From assembly GCF_009914755.1 (NCBI RefSeq), contig NC_060947.1: DNA of 64,000 nt; one strand, given 5' to 3'. A program made the position numbers and the translations under genes. Shown piece by piece: positions 40,921-55,744 of this stretch. The DNA comes from the human T2T-CHM13v2.0 reference genome, Homo sapiens. A model generated the notes under the pieces. It saw nothing but the letters and a program-made list of their open reading frames with translations. It was not told the DNA's origin and searched no databases. Every line of letters starts with the position of its first letter. Position 1 is the first letter of the stretch.

Positions 40921-41845
40921 AACAGGTCCAAATCCCACAGGGCAAGCTAGCAGGAAGTACAGCCTGAAACTCACCACATAGACTGAGGCTGCTCCCCAGA
41001 GGCAGAGTTTCTTCTTCTCTACATGTTTTTAAGCATCGACCCTGCTTTGAAAGCCTTTCCCCAGAATAAACAAGGACCACAAGGTTAACGGGATAATCTG
41101 CCTTACTTAAAGTCAACTGATTATGGGCTTTAATTACATATCTTTATGACAATGCCTACGTTCGTTTAAATAACGGGACACCATAGCTTAGCAAAGCTGG
41201 CATGTCCAAAAGATCATCACAGAATTCGAAAAAGGTGGAAAAGGTCAAGGGAGTCAGAAATAACAAGTAACGACAAGAATCTTGTGTGCATAAAGGTGTG
41301 CTGGGCGCTATTGCACAAATCATGTTCTCCCCGGTCCTGTGTACTCATCTGTAAAAAGCAGACAGTATGTTGCCCTTGGAGTATTGTCAGAAACGTAATA
41401 AGATAATGTGTATAATGCACCTTACACTCTTGGCAATCATCTGTTACTTAATAAAATTGCTCCCCCCCTTACTTATAAAACGTTGTTCAGAAGAATTTTG
41501 TTTCACAGAGATATTGTTTTATGTGCAGATTTGGGGCTCCTCTCTTTAGTGATTCTGCTGTATTAGGTCTTTTTTAGGAAGGGGCAAACATGTGCATGTT
41601 TAACCATCATTTAAATAATACTGGGCTGATGGAAAGGGACTACAATCTTTGAAATTAAGCCATAGAGAAAGTCAAAAGAACTTAAGTGCTTATTATATTT
41701 TTAAAGGTCTTCAAAGAAAGACAGTAGTCAGGTTAGTGAGGAACTATAATTAGTGAAGACTTTCTATTGATTAATCTATATTATAATTACAAATGAATAT
41801 GGTATCTCTTGGATTGCAATAAAAATTTCCATTCTAAAGATAAAG

Positions 41846-42143
41846 GGCCGGGCACGGTGGCTCACACCTGTAATCCCAGCACTTTAGGAGGCCGAGGTGG
41901 GCGGATCACGACGTCAGGAGATCGCGACCATCCTGGCTAACATGGTGAAAGCCCGTCTCTACTAAAAATACAAAAAAAAATTAGCCGGGCGTGGTGGCGG
42001 GTGACTGTAGTCCCAGCTACTCGGGAGGCTGAGGCAGGAGAATGGCGTGAACCCGGGAGGCGAGCTTGCAGTGAGTGGAGATGGCGCCACTGCACTCCAG
42101 CCTGGGCAACAGAGCGAGACTCCATCTCCAAAAAAAAAAAAAA
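41846..42143 (+). mobile_element. AluY
   Basis: gaccatcctggctaac and gagaatggcgtgaacccggg diagnostics; TSD aaagataa(a/t)g. Confidence 0.95.
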
Positions 42144-42157
42144 AAAGATAATGGATT

Positions 42158-42430
42158 GCTGGTCATGGTGGCTCATGCCTGTAACCCCAACACTTTGGGA
42201 GGCCAAGGCAGGCAGACTGCTTGGGCAATAAGCCAAAACCCTGTCTCTACAAAAACTACAAAAATTGCCAGGCATGATGGTATATGTCTGTAGTCTCAGC
42301 TACTCAGGAGGCTGTGGTGGGGGGATCACCTGAGCCCAGGGAGGTAGAGGCTGCAGTAAGCCATGATCACACCACTGCACTCCAGCCTGGGCGACAGAGC
42401 AAAACCCTGTCTCAAAAAATATAAAATAAT
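42158..42430 (+). mobile_element. AluJ with internal deletion in the left arm
   Basis: gcagactgct joined directly to tgggcaa; J-type right arm. Confidence 0.9.
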
Positions 42431-43242
42431 GACTTTCTTCTATCAAGTTTTAAAATGAAGAAGATGTGCTTTCAAATTAGTAACTTTTAAGTATTTTAAA
42501 ATGCATTCATAAAGTTTAATAAATGAAACATGAATTTGCCAAGCCCTAAAAGGCAAAAGAGTAAATAGTCAACTGATAAGCATCATGCCTCCTGAAGCTA
42601 TGTAAGACTGCTCCAGAAAATAAAATGTATTAAATATTAGAAATGGACTCTTCTTTCAAAAGTTTAAAACTTGAAACATCCTGCTACCTGCACATTGATG
42701 ATGTGAAGGAGATGTTTATTACTGGGCGTGTACAACTGCCAATGTGGAAAATCGCAAAGGTGGTGGGGGCACCAACACTAAAAATCAACCCGAAGAATCT
42801 TTGTTCCTCAAGAAATAAGTAACTGTGCAAGTGGTGGGTTCTCTCAACACCTGGAAAGGCCCAGCCATTCCAGGATTCATGACAAGTGCCCTTCTAAGTG
42901 GGGTACATGTTTGTAAAGCTTGATTTTAAATTCCTAAATTTGAACTCATAAAATTGCTGGCATATTTCTTCTCAGCCCCGAGTATTCTTGCTAGGCAAAG
43001 TTCAGTAGCACAAGCACACCCACATTTCATCTGGGCCACATCCCTAGCCTACCCTCAGCTAAATCTTGGCATTCCATTGCATCGCTCTCTACAGGCCAGG
43101 CCTGAGGTAAAAAAAAACATCTGCTAAGGCAATGAGGAATGATGAGACTTGCCACATGTCCCTCCTCCAGCTTCCCAAAACCTCACCTTAGACTCTGACT
43201 TAAATTGAAATCCACAATGTATACTTTAAAAATATGCACTTT

Positions 43243-43661
<419 letters not shown>

Positions 43662-44118
43662 TCACGTTTAGTGAAGTGACTTCATTGGAAGGCACAAGAG
43701 TGAGAAGAATTTTAAGCAACAGAATGTAGGTAGATGTCATAAAATTGTTCTGAGAGGCCAATGCAGTCCCAGGGCCAGGATGGAGTGCCCGGTAAGAGCC
43801 TTGGTCTTGGTGCAGAAGAAAGACAGCGTGTCATACATGCTTGAGTGTCCAGGTCCCCAGAGGAGGATTGGGAGAATAAGCTCCCTGTGCCACGAATATT
43901 GCCAGGGGTCCACACAGACCTGCATGGAGCAAGAACGAGGAGACATTGACCAACACTATTGAATGCCTATTGCATACCAAACACTGTAGATAGACTTGCA
44001 ATAGAGAAAAATGAGAAAGTGGGGAAGGAACATGTCAATGATCAGACCCAGACCTTGTTTCTTAATTGCTGATTGTTTAAGAGACCAACAGGGGGAAATG
44101 CACTCAGAACAAGTGACT

Positions 44119-44577
44119 ACACTGTTATACACTATTGGTGGGAATATAAATTAGTTCAACCTCGATAGAAATCAGTATGGAGATTTCCCAAAGAACTAAA
44201 AATAGAACTACCATCCAACCCAACAGTCCCACTACTGGGTATCTACTCAAAGGAAAACAAATCATTATATAAAAAATACATTTGCACTAGGATGTTCATT
44301 GCAGCACAATTCACAGTAGCAAAGTCAGGGAACAAATCTAACTGCTCATCAAGGGTTGATTGGATAAAGAAAATGTGATACATATAATCTATGGAATACT
44401 ACACAGCCATAAAAAAGAATGAAACTGTGTCCTTTGAAGCAACATAAATGGAGCTGGAGGCCATAATCCTAAGCAAATTCAAGCAGAAACAGAAAATCAA
44501 ATATTTCGTGTTCTCACTGATAAGTGGGAGTTAAACAATGGGTACACATGGACATAAAGATGGAAATAATAGAACAC
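44119..44577 (+). mobile_element. L1PB/L1MA internal fragment, truncated at both ends, lying within an L2
   Basis: ORF2 3' motifs through ggacataaagatggaaataataga; no poly-A. Confidence 0.85.
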
Positions 44578-45477
44578 CATGAGACATGCTCAGTGTCATG
44601 ACTGAAATACATGCAAAGTGCTGGGAGACTGTGGAGAACTCATGACTGATAACGGAGGAATGGTGGAGGAATGGCGAACATGTGCAGTCAGGATCTGGTG
44701 TAGCCCAAACAAGGAGAGATGCAGACTTTAAAGTTTAGAATTGAAAGTCTCTGACCTGGTGCTTCCCCACAGCTCTGAGGATAAGGCTTGGTTAGAGATC
44801 TTTGTCCTCCAAGGACTGTTTTTCTTTCATAACATATAAAAAATATAACTAGCTCTATATTCTTTTTCAAAAGACATTTTCTTTATTAGCGTGAACCTCC
44901 CAAGCTTGGGAACATTACCTGAAGTTTTAAAAATACAGCCTTTCCTTTCATATGACTTCCTGCTGACTTTAAAATAGCCACAAAGGAAAAGATTCATATT
45001 AATTACAAGCTCCCATTGTGCTGAATATCCGAAATAAATACCCAGGCGCATCTTTCTTTCTTTAATTGCATGAAGCGGCAAGAGATAGGCCCTTTTTTTG
45101 TGACTGAAGAGGCAGAAAGTAGATATTTTGTTTATGCCAGTGAATAGTGTAGGACTCAGAATCCTTCTGATTCCTCTCCAAATATTAAGCTTTTTGCTTC
45201 AAAATATGTAATACACATGGCAATATTTCCTTCTCTTGCTAGCTAAAGTGGCCATTAAAATCTTAAAATTGTTACTTATAAATAGACATATGAACATGCA
45301 TTCAGCAGGGTTTTAAAATTCTTTTTCTTAAATTATAACTGAAAACTTTTAGATGCCTAATTCTTTGTGGGTGAGGTTTTTCATCAACTGATCCCCAAAC
45401 CTTAAAAGTTGGTTCTGAAATGAGTTTAATTTTTCATAGTTTAATCATTCTAATCCTAGAATTCCCTTTTAGGATGA

Positions 45478-45961
45478 GGTATTCCTTTCCTACTGTTCCT
45501 TTGCCATTAATCACAAATTTAGTTTCTTAAAACAATGCAAACATTATTTTTTATTTCTGCACGTTGGGAGTCCAAAATCAGTCTCGGAAGGCTAAAACTG
45601 ATATTTTGACAACGTTGTGTCTCCTCTGAAGGCTCCTGGGGAGAATTCATTTTCTTGCCTTTTCCAACTTCTAGAGGCCACCTGCCTTCCTTAGCTTGTG
45701 GCTTCCTCCTCCATCACTCCAACCTCTGCTTCCCTTGTCCCATCTCCTTCTCTGATTCTGATTCTCCTGCCTCTCTCTTAAAGGACATTAATGATTATTT
45801 TGAACACAGGCAGATAATCCAAGATCATCTCCCCTTCTCAAAGTCCTTAACTTAATCACAACTGCAAAGTCCCTTTTGCCATATAAGGTGACACAGGTAT
45901 GGGCTCTGGTGATTAAGGACATGGACATATTTGGAAAGCCATTCATTATTCACTCAGCATA
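45478..45961 (-). mobile_element. MLT1C/D-like MaLR LTR
   Basis: ttgccttttccaacttctagaggccacc..cttaatcacaactgcaaagtcccttttgccatataaggt. Confidence 0.85.
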
Positions 45962-45982
45962 GCTGAAAACACTTATGCATAT

Positions 45983-46338
45983 TGATTTGATTTGGTTGTG
46001 TCCCCACTCAAATCTCATCTTGAATTGTACCTCCCACAATTCCCACTTTTGGGAAGGACAGGGTGGGAGGTAATTGGATCATGGGGGCAGGTCTTTCCTG
46101 TGCTGTTCTTGTGGTAGTGAATAAGTCTCATGAGATCTGATGGTTTTACAAAGGGGAGTTTCCCTGCACACGTTCTCTTCTCTTGTCTGTCACCATGTGA
46201 GATGTGCCTTTCACCTTATATCATGATTGTGAGGCCTTCCCAGCCATGTGGAACTGTGAGTCCATTAAACCTCTTTCTTTTGTAAATTGCCCAGGCTCGG
46301 GTGTGTCTCTATCAGCAGCATGAAAATAAACTAATACA
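45983..46338 (+). mobile_element. THE1A/B MaLR solo LTR
   Basis: tttggttgtgtccccactcaaatctcatcttgaattgta..actaataca; near-TSD catat/tatat. Confidence 0.93.
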
Positions 46339-46415
46339 TATATACGCCTGTGAATGTATAATTTTCACATGTGAGAAAACTTAGTTGATAATTCTTGTAA
46401 TAGTACTATTGTGTT

Positions 46416-46769
46416 TATACGAATCTGTTCAGGCTATCTTAACAAAACACTACAAACTACATGGCTTAAGCAACAGAATTCCGTTTCTCACAGTACTGGA
46501 GGATGGGAAGTTTAGGATCAAGGTCTAGCAACGTGGAGGTTCTGGTAAAGGCTCTCTTGCTGGCTTCAGGCAGCCACATTCTAACATGGTAGAGAGAGAG
46601 TGCTGGTGTCTCTTCCCCTTCTTATAAGAGCACCAGATCTATTGAGTGAGGGCCCACTCTTATGACTTCATTTTAGTATTTCCTCAAAGGCCCTGTCTTC
46701 AGACACAGTCATATTGGGGGTTAGGGTTCCACATTATTAATTTTGAGGGACACAATTCGGTCCATAGCA
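46416..46769 (-). mobile_element. MLT1A-like MaLR LTR
   Basis: Ends gggacacaattcggtccatagca; TSD gtgtt at 46411-46415 and 46770-46774. Confidence 0.88.
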
Positions 46770-47255
46770 GTGTTTATATCCATTTAGGTTGTTGGGTGCA
46801 AGAGTGCACATCCAAAGATTGAAAACCACAGATTTGAAAACTGTGAAGCTTAGTAAAGAAATGAATCTAAGATTTGAATATGTAGTTTCAGAAAAGTTGT
46901 CAAACTAGAAGTCCAAGGACCAAACCACCCCACTCATGGCTATAAGAACTTTGCCTAACTGTATAATCTGTCTGATTATATTTTGTTTTCAAATACGGAG
47001 ATAATAACATCTGTTTTTCCTTCTTTAAGGGGTCATTTCGAGGATAAAGTAGGACAACCATTGTCAAAGTGCTTCAAGGGCTCTGAAGTGCTTTATGAAA
47101 ATCTGTTGTTTATCCATATCATTTGAAAGAGCAATGAACAGAGTGAGTGCTAAGAAATGCTTGTCCACTGTGGAAAGAATCCATGGAGGGCATGAGAACC
47201 ATATGTTACAGATTTGCAAAGGTATTGGTGTTTTCATTGTTCCATAATTTTTTTA

Positions 47256-47565
<310 letters not shown>

Positions 47566-48573
47566 AGTATAGGCAAAAAAGAGCAAAAAAAATAGTTACT
47601 AAATACAAATAAATTGCTCTCCTTTATAAGGAAAGCCCTAGAAAACATGGGTGGGTACCACCTATGATATAAGTTAATGGTTAATCAGAAGAAGAAAAGA
47701 AAACCAGAATAAAGTTAAGAATGAGTTATAAAAATTTGAATTTGGGCTAATTTTCCCTGTATGTAGGTACATAAATGTGTTTTTTCCTCACTTTGCATAT
47801 GCCCAGCAAATACAGGGTTTAGGTAAATTTTATCCTGTCATCTTAATAAAAAATAATTTTTGTAGGAAGCACATGATTAGCTAACCCTGGTGCGAAATTT
47901 CCAGGAACAACCTGAGGAGGTCAAAGAAACCCATGGCCAGTGCTGTTGCTCCTCCAATGACAGCTACGGAAATTATTAAAGACAAGTTCTAGGGAAAGAA
48001 CCAGTTCCTTAAAGGGTGATCTTTAAAACCCTAAGCCTATGAAATATGAGTTAATGTCACAGCCTATATTTTATTAAAAGTTGGATCTGTGAACTGTCTT
48101 CTTAAACACTTTACTACGGGTGATATCTCTTAAAATGTGTCTGTACATTGTCTCACAAAATCCAGATTTAGATGAGAAAGGAATCTTAATGTCATCGTAA
48201 TCTTGTTAGGAGGAACCATGGTATTGTGTGACATGGAACAAGTTTAAGCTTTATTTCATTATTGTCCCCTATTCCAACAGCTTAGCCTTTTCCAATATGT
48301 GTCAAAACACACAGCTTTTAATCAGCTTAATCAGAGTAACATTATATTAGTTCAACAGTCTGCCATGTCAGCATACAGTGTGCACTCGGAGAAACATTTT
48401 GCAAACACAATGAAACTCGAAATTTTCATGAGTCTCTAAAACATAATCAGGGTGGCTAATACACTGTGTCAGCAACAGCAGAGCAAATCTGGGAACTGTA
48501 ATTAAAAAGATGATATTTTTTCTCTCAAATGAATTCTGTAGAAAATTCTTGCAAGAGAATTGCATTATGCTGC

Positions 48574-48575
<2 letters not shown>

Positions 48576-48617
<42 letters not shown>
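48576..48617. repeat. Perfect (TG)21 microsatellite
   Basis: Directly visible. Confidence 0.97.
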
Positions 48618-48618
<1 letters not shown>

Positions 48619-49954
48619 TGGCTATGTTGAACCTTGATTTAGTATCTCTTCTTCAAGATTTTGTATTCCTGCTGCTCAAAACAATTGAGCCTAATCTCCA
48701 CTAGGTTGAATAGTATGGTCAAAGCAAACCTAAAGAATTGTGGTTCTGTATGAATTGGCTACCAAACCACTGTATGAAAAGAATAATGACTCAATAACAA
48801 AACCATCCAGTAACTTTCGTGGAAAACACTATTTCTCTGAGTAAACTACAGCTCTCTATAAAGTATCTGGTATGGTGTCAATCTGTCTTGCACTTTGGGA
48901 AAAAACTCTTAAATTGACATTTATCAGGTTTCCAATAATGCCATCCTATCATTCAAATCTCTTGTAAACAGCACACAGCAGTAACAATTTATGGCTTGCT
49001 GATTTAGGTTTTATTTTGCAAATTACAGATAAATCATACATTGGGTTGCGAAAATGGCAGGCTTTCTACATTTGCCTACCATGATGAAGTGATTAGCCGT
49101 CACATTCAGAATACATATTGGAAAATGGCGTGGTATGAAGGTTGTTGGCAGATCCAAAAGTTTTAACTTGTCTGGTCAAAACAAGGAAATCTACAGAGAT
49201 GACAGGAAGAAAATATGATGGTGGCTTCAGGTAAAGGCTTGATTTCCTCTACATGCTCTTCAATATCAGAAAGATCATACAGTCCTTCTCCTCCAGACAC
49301 TTACAGGCTCCAATGAGCACCCATTAGGTTGGTGCCTCCACCGTGGTCTGAAGTCACAAGGAAGCCATAGCCACCTGCTGCCTGAGGAGCGATGGCAGTA
49401 TCATCCCATGATCTGACGTAGACGTTCTCTCAACTCCTGAGAGATTCAGCTCTACTTTGAAAATGTATCTTCAATATATCCTCAACTTCTTCCAGGTCTA
49501 GGCTCAAATGTCATTTGATCAGAAGGGCTTTCCTGGCTGCACCCTGTTAAGGAGACTGTCCTCTTCTCTACAAAAGTTGCTGTTCTCTTACCTGTTGCAA
49601 TTTTTCTCCTTGGTTTTCTTCACTATCTCTGTGGGGTGTGTGTGTGTTCCCTCCCTATTGCATCTTTCTTTGTGATACTTTTACAAAATACTTGAACTAT
49701 CATCTCCGAGTGTTGGACTATATCATTGTAATAAAGTACAAGTTGAATCTCTTCAGAACAGCACAGCACAAACTCATTTAATTTATTGGTAATATGAGGA
49801 CACTATTATTTACCTCCCCACATTTTCTTACTGATTTCGTAATATCATATCTGTGAAATGCTCAGGAAGTATTTGCCATGTAACTGGTGGTTAAGATTTT
49901 ATTATTCAGCATTAGCAAAAGCATTCAGTGTGCTTCTCTCAACATCTAAGAATA

Positions 49955-50245
49955 GGTCAGGCACCGTGGCTCATGCCTGTAATCCCAGCACTTTGGGAGG
50001 CTGAGGTGAGAGGATTGCTTGATTCCAGGAATTCAAGACCAGCCTGGGCAACATAGTGAGACCCCATCTGTACAAAACAAATTGAGAATTAGCCAGGCAT
50101 GGTTGTTTGTGCCTGTAGTTCCAGCTACTCGGAAATAGAAGCGGAAAGATTGCTTCAGCCCGGGAGGTCAAGGCTATAGTGAGCTATGACTGCACCACTT
50201 TAATCCAGCCTAGGTGATGGAATAAGACTCCATCTCAAAAGTAAA
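49955..50245 (+). mobile_element. AluJ
   Basis: Dimeric Alu with J-type diagnostics. Confidence 0.94.
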
Positions 50246-50477
50246 AATCTAATGATAAACTGTTAAGATGATCTACAGACAGATAAAGAGGCAGCTTACA
50301 TCTCCAGTGTCTCCCCAGCCATTCATCCTGGTCGCATGAGCTTATAACAACTCAACTACAGGATGTGCCCAAGTTTAGAGAAAACCGGAATTGTTATGAC
50401 AGTCAAATCTGCCCCACAACCCCTCATTGCAAACGTGGTTGGGTAATAAATATGACTTACTTTTATAGAGCCCTCAC

Positions 50478-50840
50478 TGCTGTGATTTGAATGTTAGTGT
50501 CCCTCCAAAATTTATGGTTGATACTTAATCTCCAATGCAATAGTATTAGGAGGATTTGAGGGATGATTAGGTCATGAGAGCTCCAGCCTCCTGAATGGGA
50601 TGAGTACCCTTATGAAAGAAATTGAGAGGATCTCTTTGGCCCTTTCACCCTTTATCCAGGTGAGGACACAATGAGAGGCACCATCTACAAAGCAGAGAGC
50701 AGACTTCACCATATACCAAATCTGTCTGTGCCTTGATCTTGGATTTCTCAGCCTCCAGAATTGTGAGAAATAAATTTATATTATGTATAAATTATACCAT
50801 CTAAGATGTTTGGTTATAGCCGCAGATAGGGATTGAGACT
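50478..50840 (+). mobile_element. MSTC/MSTD-like MaLR LTR
   Basis: tgctgtgatttgaatgt start; perfect TSD ctcac at 50473-50477 and 50841-50845. Confidence 0.88.
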
Positions 50841-52104
50841 CTCACCATTGGCAGGGCACTGCACCCTGGACTTGTCACATATCATGATGTCTGATTTTTG
50901 TGATAACTGAGTGAGGTTGGCATTGATGTTGGCCAACCAACCGTTGACCAACTAATTTGAGTCTGCTCAAGGTCCCCAGAGTGAGTGAGTGGCAGAACTG
51001 TGAAGGAAACCCGTTTTCCTTCAATTCCATAGTCTGGGATCTTGGTGGCCATGCCATTTTGCCCTCTGATATTATTTGGAAATAGGGGAAGATCATAGGT
51101 TTTAGACCCAGAAAGAGATGTGTTTGAATCTTGGCTCTGCTTCTAATGCAAATTCTGACCCAAACTCACTACGTCTGAAGTGCTTGCACATGGGAAGCAC
51201 CCCATTACCATGTGCTTCTTTGAATATCAAATTATATTTGTTTAGACATTAGGAGGTGGTGTTTATGTATGGCAAGATATTTGTGTAATATATTTATTCA
51301 AAATACAAAATATTTACAGGACCCAGAAGGCTCATTCATTTTGTACTAAAAACTACTGACCAATGGAGATATTCCAAATACACAATTGCATCTCACATCA
51401 TGACTTATATGCTTTAAATGAGTTAAACTTGAATCACTTTAGTATATGAACATTTTGATCAGCCAGTGAAGCTTTCCATAAATGCTATCAGATGCTAGAC
51501 TGGTGAAAAGATATAGACATTAGAGTGAGTATTGGCCTATATACTGGAAATGTATTATGTTATTATGAATTTATTCTCATCAAAATTACCCCTCTTGGCA
51601 AATTCAGCACATGATGTCACATATATTACCAGAGGGCCATTTTCTTTCCAGAGATAACTATAAGATAGATCAGAAATAAAATGAGAGTTGTGAGCGGTCA
51701 GGTACAGTATAATTCTATTGGGTAACATTTCTTTTGAAACACGAGTATATAATATGATCAGGGCAATCATTTTTATTAACGAAGATAGTTTCATTTTTAT
51801 GCTTCCAATCATTGCTATGCTTCTTAATAGGCTTGGGGTTATTTTTTTCTTTCTAAAGTGAAGAAAATGTATTTCTTCTCCATTGTTTTACTGAAATGCA
51901 TAATATGTGGAAATATGTAGGTCAGTAAGATTCTGGGAAAAAAATAAACATAATAGATTTTTGCCTCCTTTCTTAAAAATGCCTTTACAATTGTTTTGTT
52001 GTTGCTAAAATGGAACATTTTACAACATTCTACATAAGGGATAAAGTAAGTTTTCAAAATTATCATCATGTTTTAGACATAGCATGCATATACTGTACAA
52101 ATCT

Positions 52105-52243
52105 TTTAAGTAAAATTCGTTTTATTGCTGCTTCAATAAAGCTGTTTTCTTCTACCCTACCACTGGCTTACCTTTGAATCCTTGGCAAAGCCAAAAATCC
52201 TGAAAGGCTAAGCCCCACTTTGGGACTCGCCTGTCCTGCATCA
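52105..52243 (+). mobile_element. ERV1 MER4-group LTR 3' fragment
   Basis: ttcaataaagctgttttcttc..ggctaagccccactttgggactcgcctgtcctgcatca terminus. Confidence 0.65.
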
Positions 52244-52244
52244 A

Positions 52245-53300
52245 ATTCACTCTCCCAGTAGCCATATGTGAGAATTTCAGTCACTCCACAGACATGTGCA
52301 AATACATGGGATTGTCAATCGTTTCACAATTTCATTCATTCTGGTAGCTGGGCAGTAGCATGTCGTTATGGCTTTAACTTATATTTTCCTGATAAGGAAT
52401 GCTGTTGAGTAACTTTCCATATGCTTATGGGCCAGTCAGAAATCTTTATTTGGAAATGGTCTGTCTAAATCTTCTGAAAATGTTTAATCGAGTTGTCTTT
52501 TTTGTACTAATTTATAGGATTTCTTAATATATTCTAAATATCAGTCCTCTGGAGACTATAATGTCTCATTCGTTATCATATCCTTTAACTCTCTTAGTGA
52601 TGTCTAGTGATGAGCAAAGTTTTTTAATTTTAATGATAACCAATTTATCAGTTTTTTATGCCTAGTAATTTTTGTGTTCTCTTTAAAAATTGTTGTATAT
52701 CCCAAGCTCATAAACATATTCTTCTTGTTTTTTTCTATAAGTTTTATAATTCGTATTTTACAGATCATCTGTGACCTATTTCATATTAATTTATTTGAAG
52801 TAGAGGTAAAACTTTATTTTTAAAATATTGAAATCCAATGGAACCAACAACACCTATTTAAGCAACCATTCTTTCCCGCCAATGAATTGCTGTAACACTT
52901 TTTCATAAATATGTCGACTGCATATATGGGATGTACTCTAGATTCTAGACTCTGTTTTCTATGTATCTTTTAGTGTATTCTTGTGCTACTATCTTGATTA
53001 CCATAGCTTCGTTGTAATTCTTGATATCTGGTAAATTAAGTATTTGGCCTTTGTTTTTCTTCAAGGCTACCTTAGCTGCTTTTTAGGTACTTCGGCTTTG
53101 GATATAAATTTTACAAGTCAGTTTCACAATTTCCACAAAATCTTTGGTAAAATATTGATAGGGATTGCACAAGCTTGGAAAAATGGGTATCTTAAAAATA
53201 TTGGGTCCTCCAGACTATAAACATGATATATTTCCGTATGTAGGCCTTTAATTTCTCTGAGCATTTTTGTTGTTGTTTCCTGTGTAGAAGTGTCACATAA
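52245..53300 (-). mobile_element. Ancient L1M ORF2 fragment
   Basis: Antisense ORF2 motifs (ttcattctggtag, gttgagtaactttccatatgcttat, cttgattaccatagctt, ttgatagggattgca). Confidence 0.8.
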
Positions 53301-54089
53301 TTAACTAGATCGATTTATGTGTACATGTGAATTCATTTATTTATTTGTTCCCTTACATTTAAATTTCTAACTCATTGTTCCTTGTATCATTGTCAGGTTT
53401 TACTAAATTATGAAAGAACTATTTGACCCCAATCCTTGGTCAAGCCAATAATAGCAGAAGTAATTTTTAAACTCTTTCCTCACTCCACAAACACCAACGT
53501 ATATAGATAACATTCTACATCCATCTTCTTTTCCGTTCTCACATGTTTTCCCATGCATTTCAGATGCAACTGTTTCTCAGCAATTTTTTACCATACTCCC
53601 ATGATGGAACTTCAGTCATATCCCTCACCAATTCAACCATACACCATTTCAGGATTAACCATTATTAAATATCACCTTCAGCATAGCATTTTCTTACCAG
53701 ATCTTCATCTCTTCCTCATATTTTCCATCAATTATGTGTCAAAGCTGCACTCTTTCCAGCCCTGCGTCTTCCTCTTCCTCTTCCTCTATGTGTACTTTGG
53801 ACACCAAGTCAAACCAGCCACCTTAACAGACCTTAAACATTACCTTTGCTTAGGCTGCTTAGTGCCTCTGGACTCCCGCTTCTCCCTTGATTCCTGTCTC
53901 TTCTAGTATCCATCCCTCAAGAAACATGGAAGTCAAAATTGGGTTTTAAATAAGATAATTTACTAGCCCTCAACCAAACACAATCAATTGATTCTTTGAA
54001 ACCATATTGTTCTTTTGAGGGTACATTTTTTTAGTATACCCTGGTAGGCTACTATTTGAGGAGATATTTCCCTTCAACCTTCTTCTGAC

Positions 54090-54175
54090 ATTGTTTGGTT
54101 TATCTTTGTATCCTTAAAAGCATTCAGCACAGTCTTTGGTTCATGGTTGATACTTAATAAATATATGTTGACTTA
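54090..54175 (+). mobile_element. L2 3' terminus
   Basis: cagcacagtctttggttcatggttgatacttaataaatatatgttga. Confidence 0.65.
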
Positions 54176-55744
54176 AATCTAATTTTAATAGATCCAAGTA
54201 GAAAAGCATAATACAGTCGTGCTATCTTTTCTGCTTGAGTTATGTCAGCCATGGGATCCTGAGAAGACCTTTTGAAGTGCTAAAATGAAAAATAGGCAAA
54301 ACTCCATTCTGCTCTAGCTAGAGGATCATTAAAAAATTCAGACCCTTCACTTTTTTAAAGCATATAATTTATGTGCATTATAAAGCAACCCTTTGTTTTC
54401 ACAAGTCAACATTCTTAATGCAGTCTGTCAAAGTGCATTCTCAGTAAATTGCTTTGATGAATATGCCAGCTCAGTCCATTTCTTTTAACCTGAAGAGAGA
54501 AAGAAAGATTTTAAAAAAGACTTTTGCAGCAGCAAAAAAGAAAGTAAATAAAACAGATCTAGACTTTGCTGCATATTTTTATGTCCAAGCTTGCAAATAA
54601 TTTCCCTTAACACTCTCATGAGTCAGAACTCTGCCTCCAAATTTGTAATTCAAAAGCCTTGTTTTTGTTTTAGAACAGATAGAGAGTGCCAGTTTCTGCT
54701 TCTGCCCCACACACTCACCCATGAACAGGTCCTGAACATGCACAGACTTGATATGGTTTTTAAAACACAGATGGGAAAGCCATCCTCAGTTTGACACACC
54801 TAAGCTCCAGCACTTCAAGGTAGTAAGTAAACAATTCTTTCTTTTCTAGAGACCCTCACTGCAAAATCTCACCCGGAAGACTTCAAGGACTGGATATTGG
54901 TTAGTTTGGAACTGACTTTTTTCTATGTGGCAGTTGGTGTAGCTAATAGAATGTAATAACACTTCCTGCACATATTTTCCTTGAATATCTAAAATAGATT
55001 TCTTAGTTTTCCTCCCCCACCAGGGGTGGTGGAGTTTTATGTAATGATGTAGGAAAACAGAGTAGTAGAGAGACACTTTTTGTCTTAATGGGAGCTTCTG
55101 ATGAAGTGAGACTTAATCCAAAACATGTTGATTCAAACACAATGTAACCACACTGTCTTGTTATAGATCTTTATAAATATATGTCTGTGTGCAAATATTC
55201 ACTCTCAAATACGCATACACTCTTTTAGGGAAAACAACTTGTCCCTCACTTTGATACATATTCAACTACAGAAAGGCTGCCACTTCCTTCAATTAACACC
55301 AAACTCTCCACGGAATTTGATCAGGTTTAGGGGGAGATGCTCTCTTTTGGATTTCCTCACACTTCCCTTGAGTCATAACTATTGCTTCCTTGGGCAGAAA
55401 GATGAAAGTAGGGTTTACTACAGAAAGCTACAAAATTCTTCTAAAACATAATGTCAAATAAATAATAAAAGAAAATAACCTGTGAATACTGTATTTCTTA
55501 TTGTGTGTACACAATTTCTCACTGTGATTTTTTTCTGCTTTACGACTGGATACCAATACCAACCAGACATTCATTTTCCTCAGGTATTACCTGGGTAAAA
55601 AACACCCCTCTGGTAAATCAGCTGGCAGAATGTCCTCGGTCTGAAAGATATTACTGAGGATTCCTTTCAAAAGCTTAGGAAATGGCCTCAGATTGACACT
55701 CCTGACTTGTTGAGTGCCAATAGGAAATGTGGCAGGGAAAGAGT

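Larger units (their letters stand above)
39774..41221 (-). mobile_element. MLT2 (ERVL) LTR with expanded internal simple repeats and a nested THE1
   Basis: Right part has gataatctgccttacttaaagtcaactgatt..catagcttagcaaagctggca..catcaca; left part cagggaagcagaac is weaker, so the left boundary is uncertain. Confidence 0.65.
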
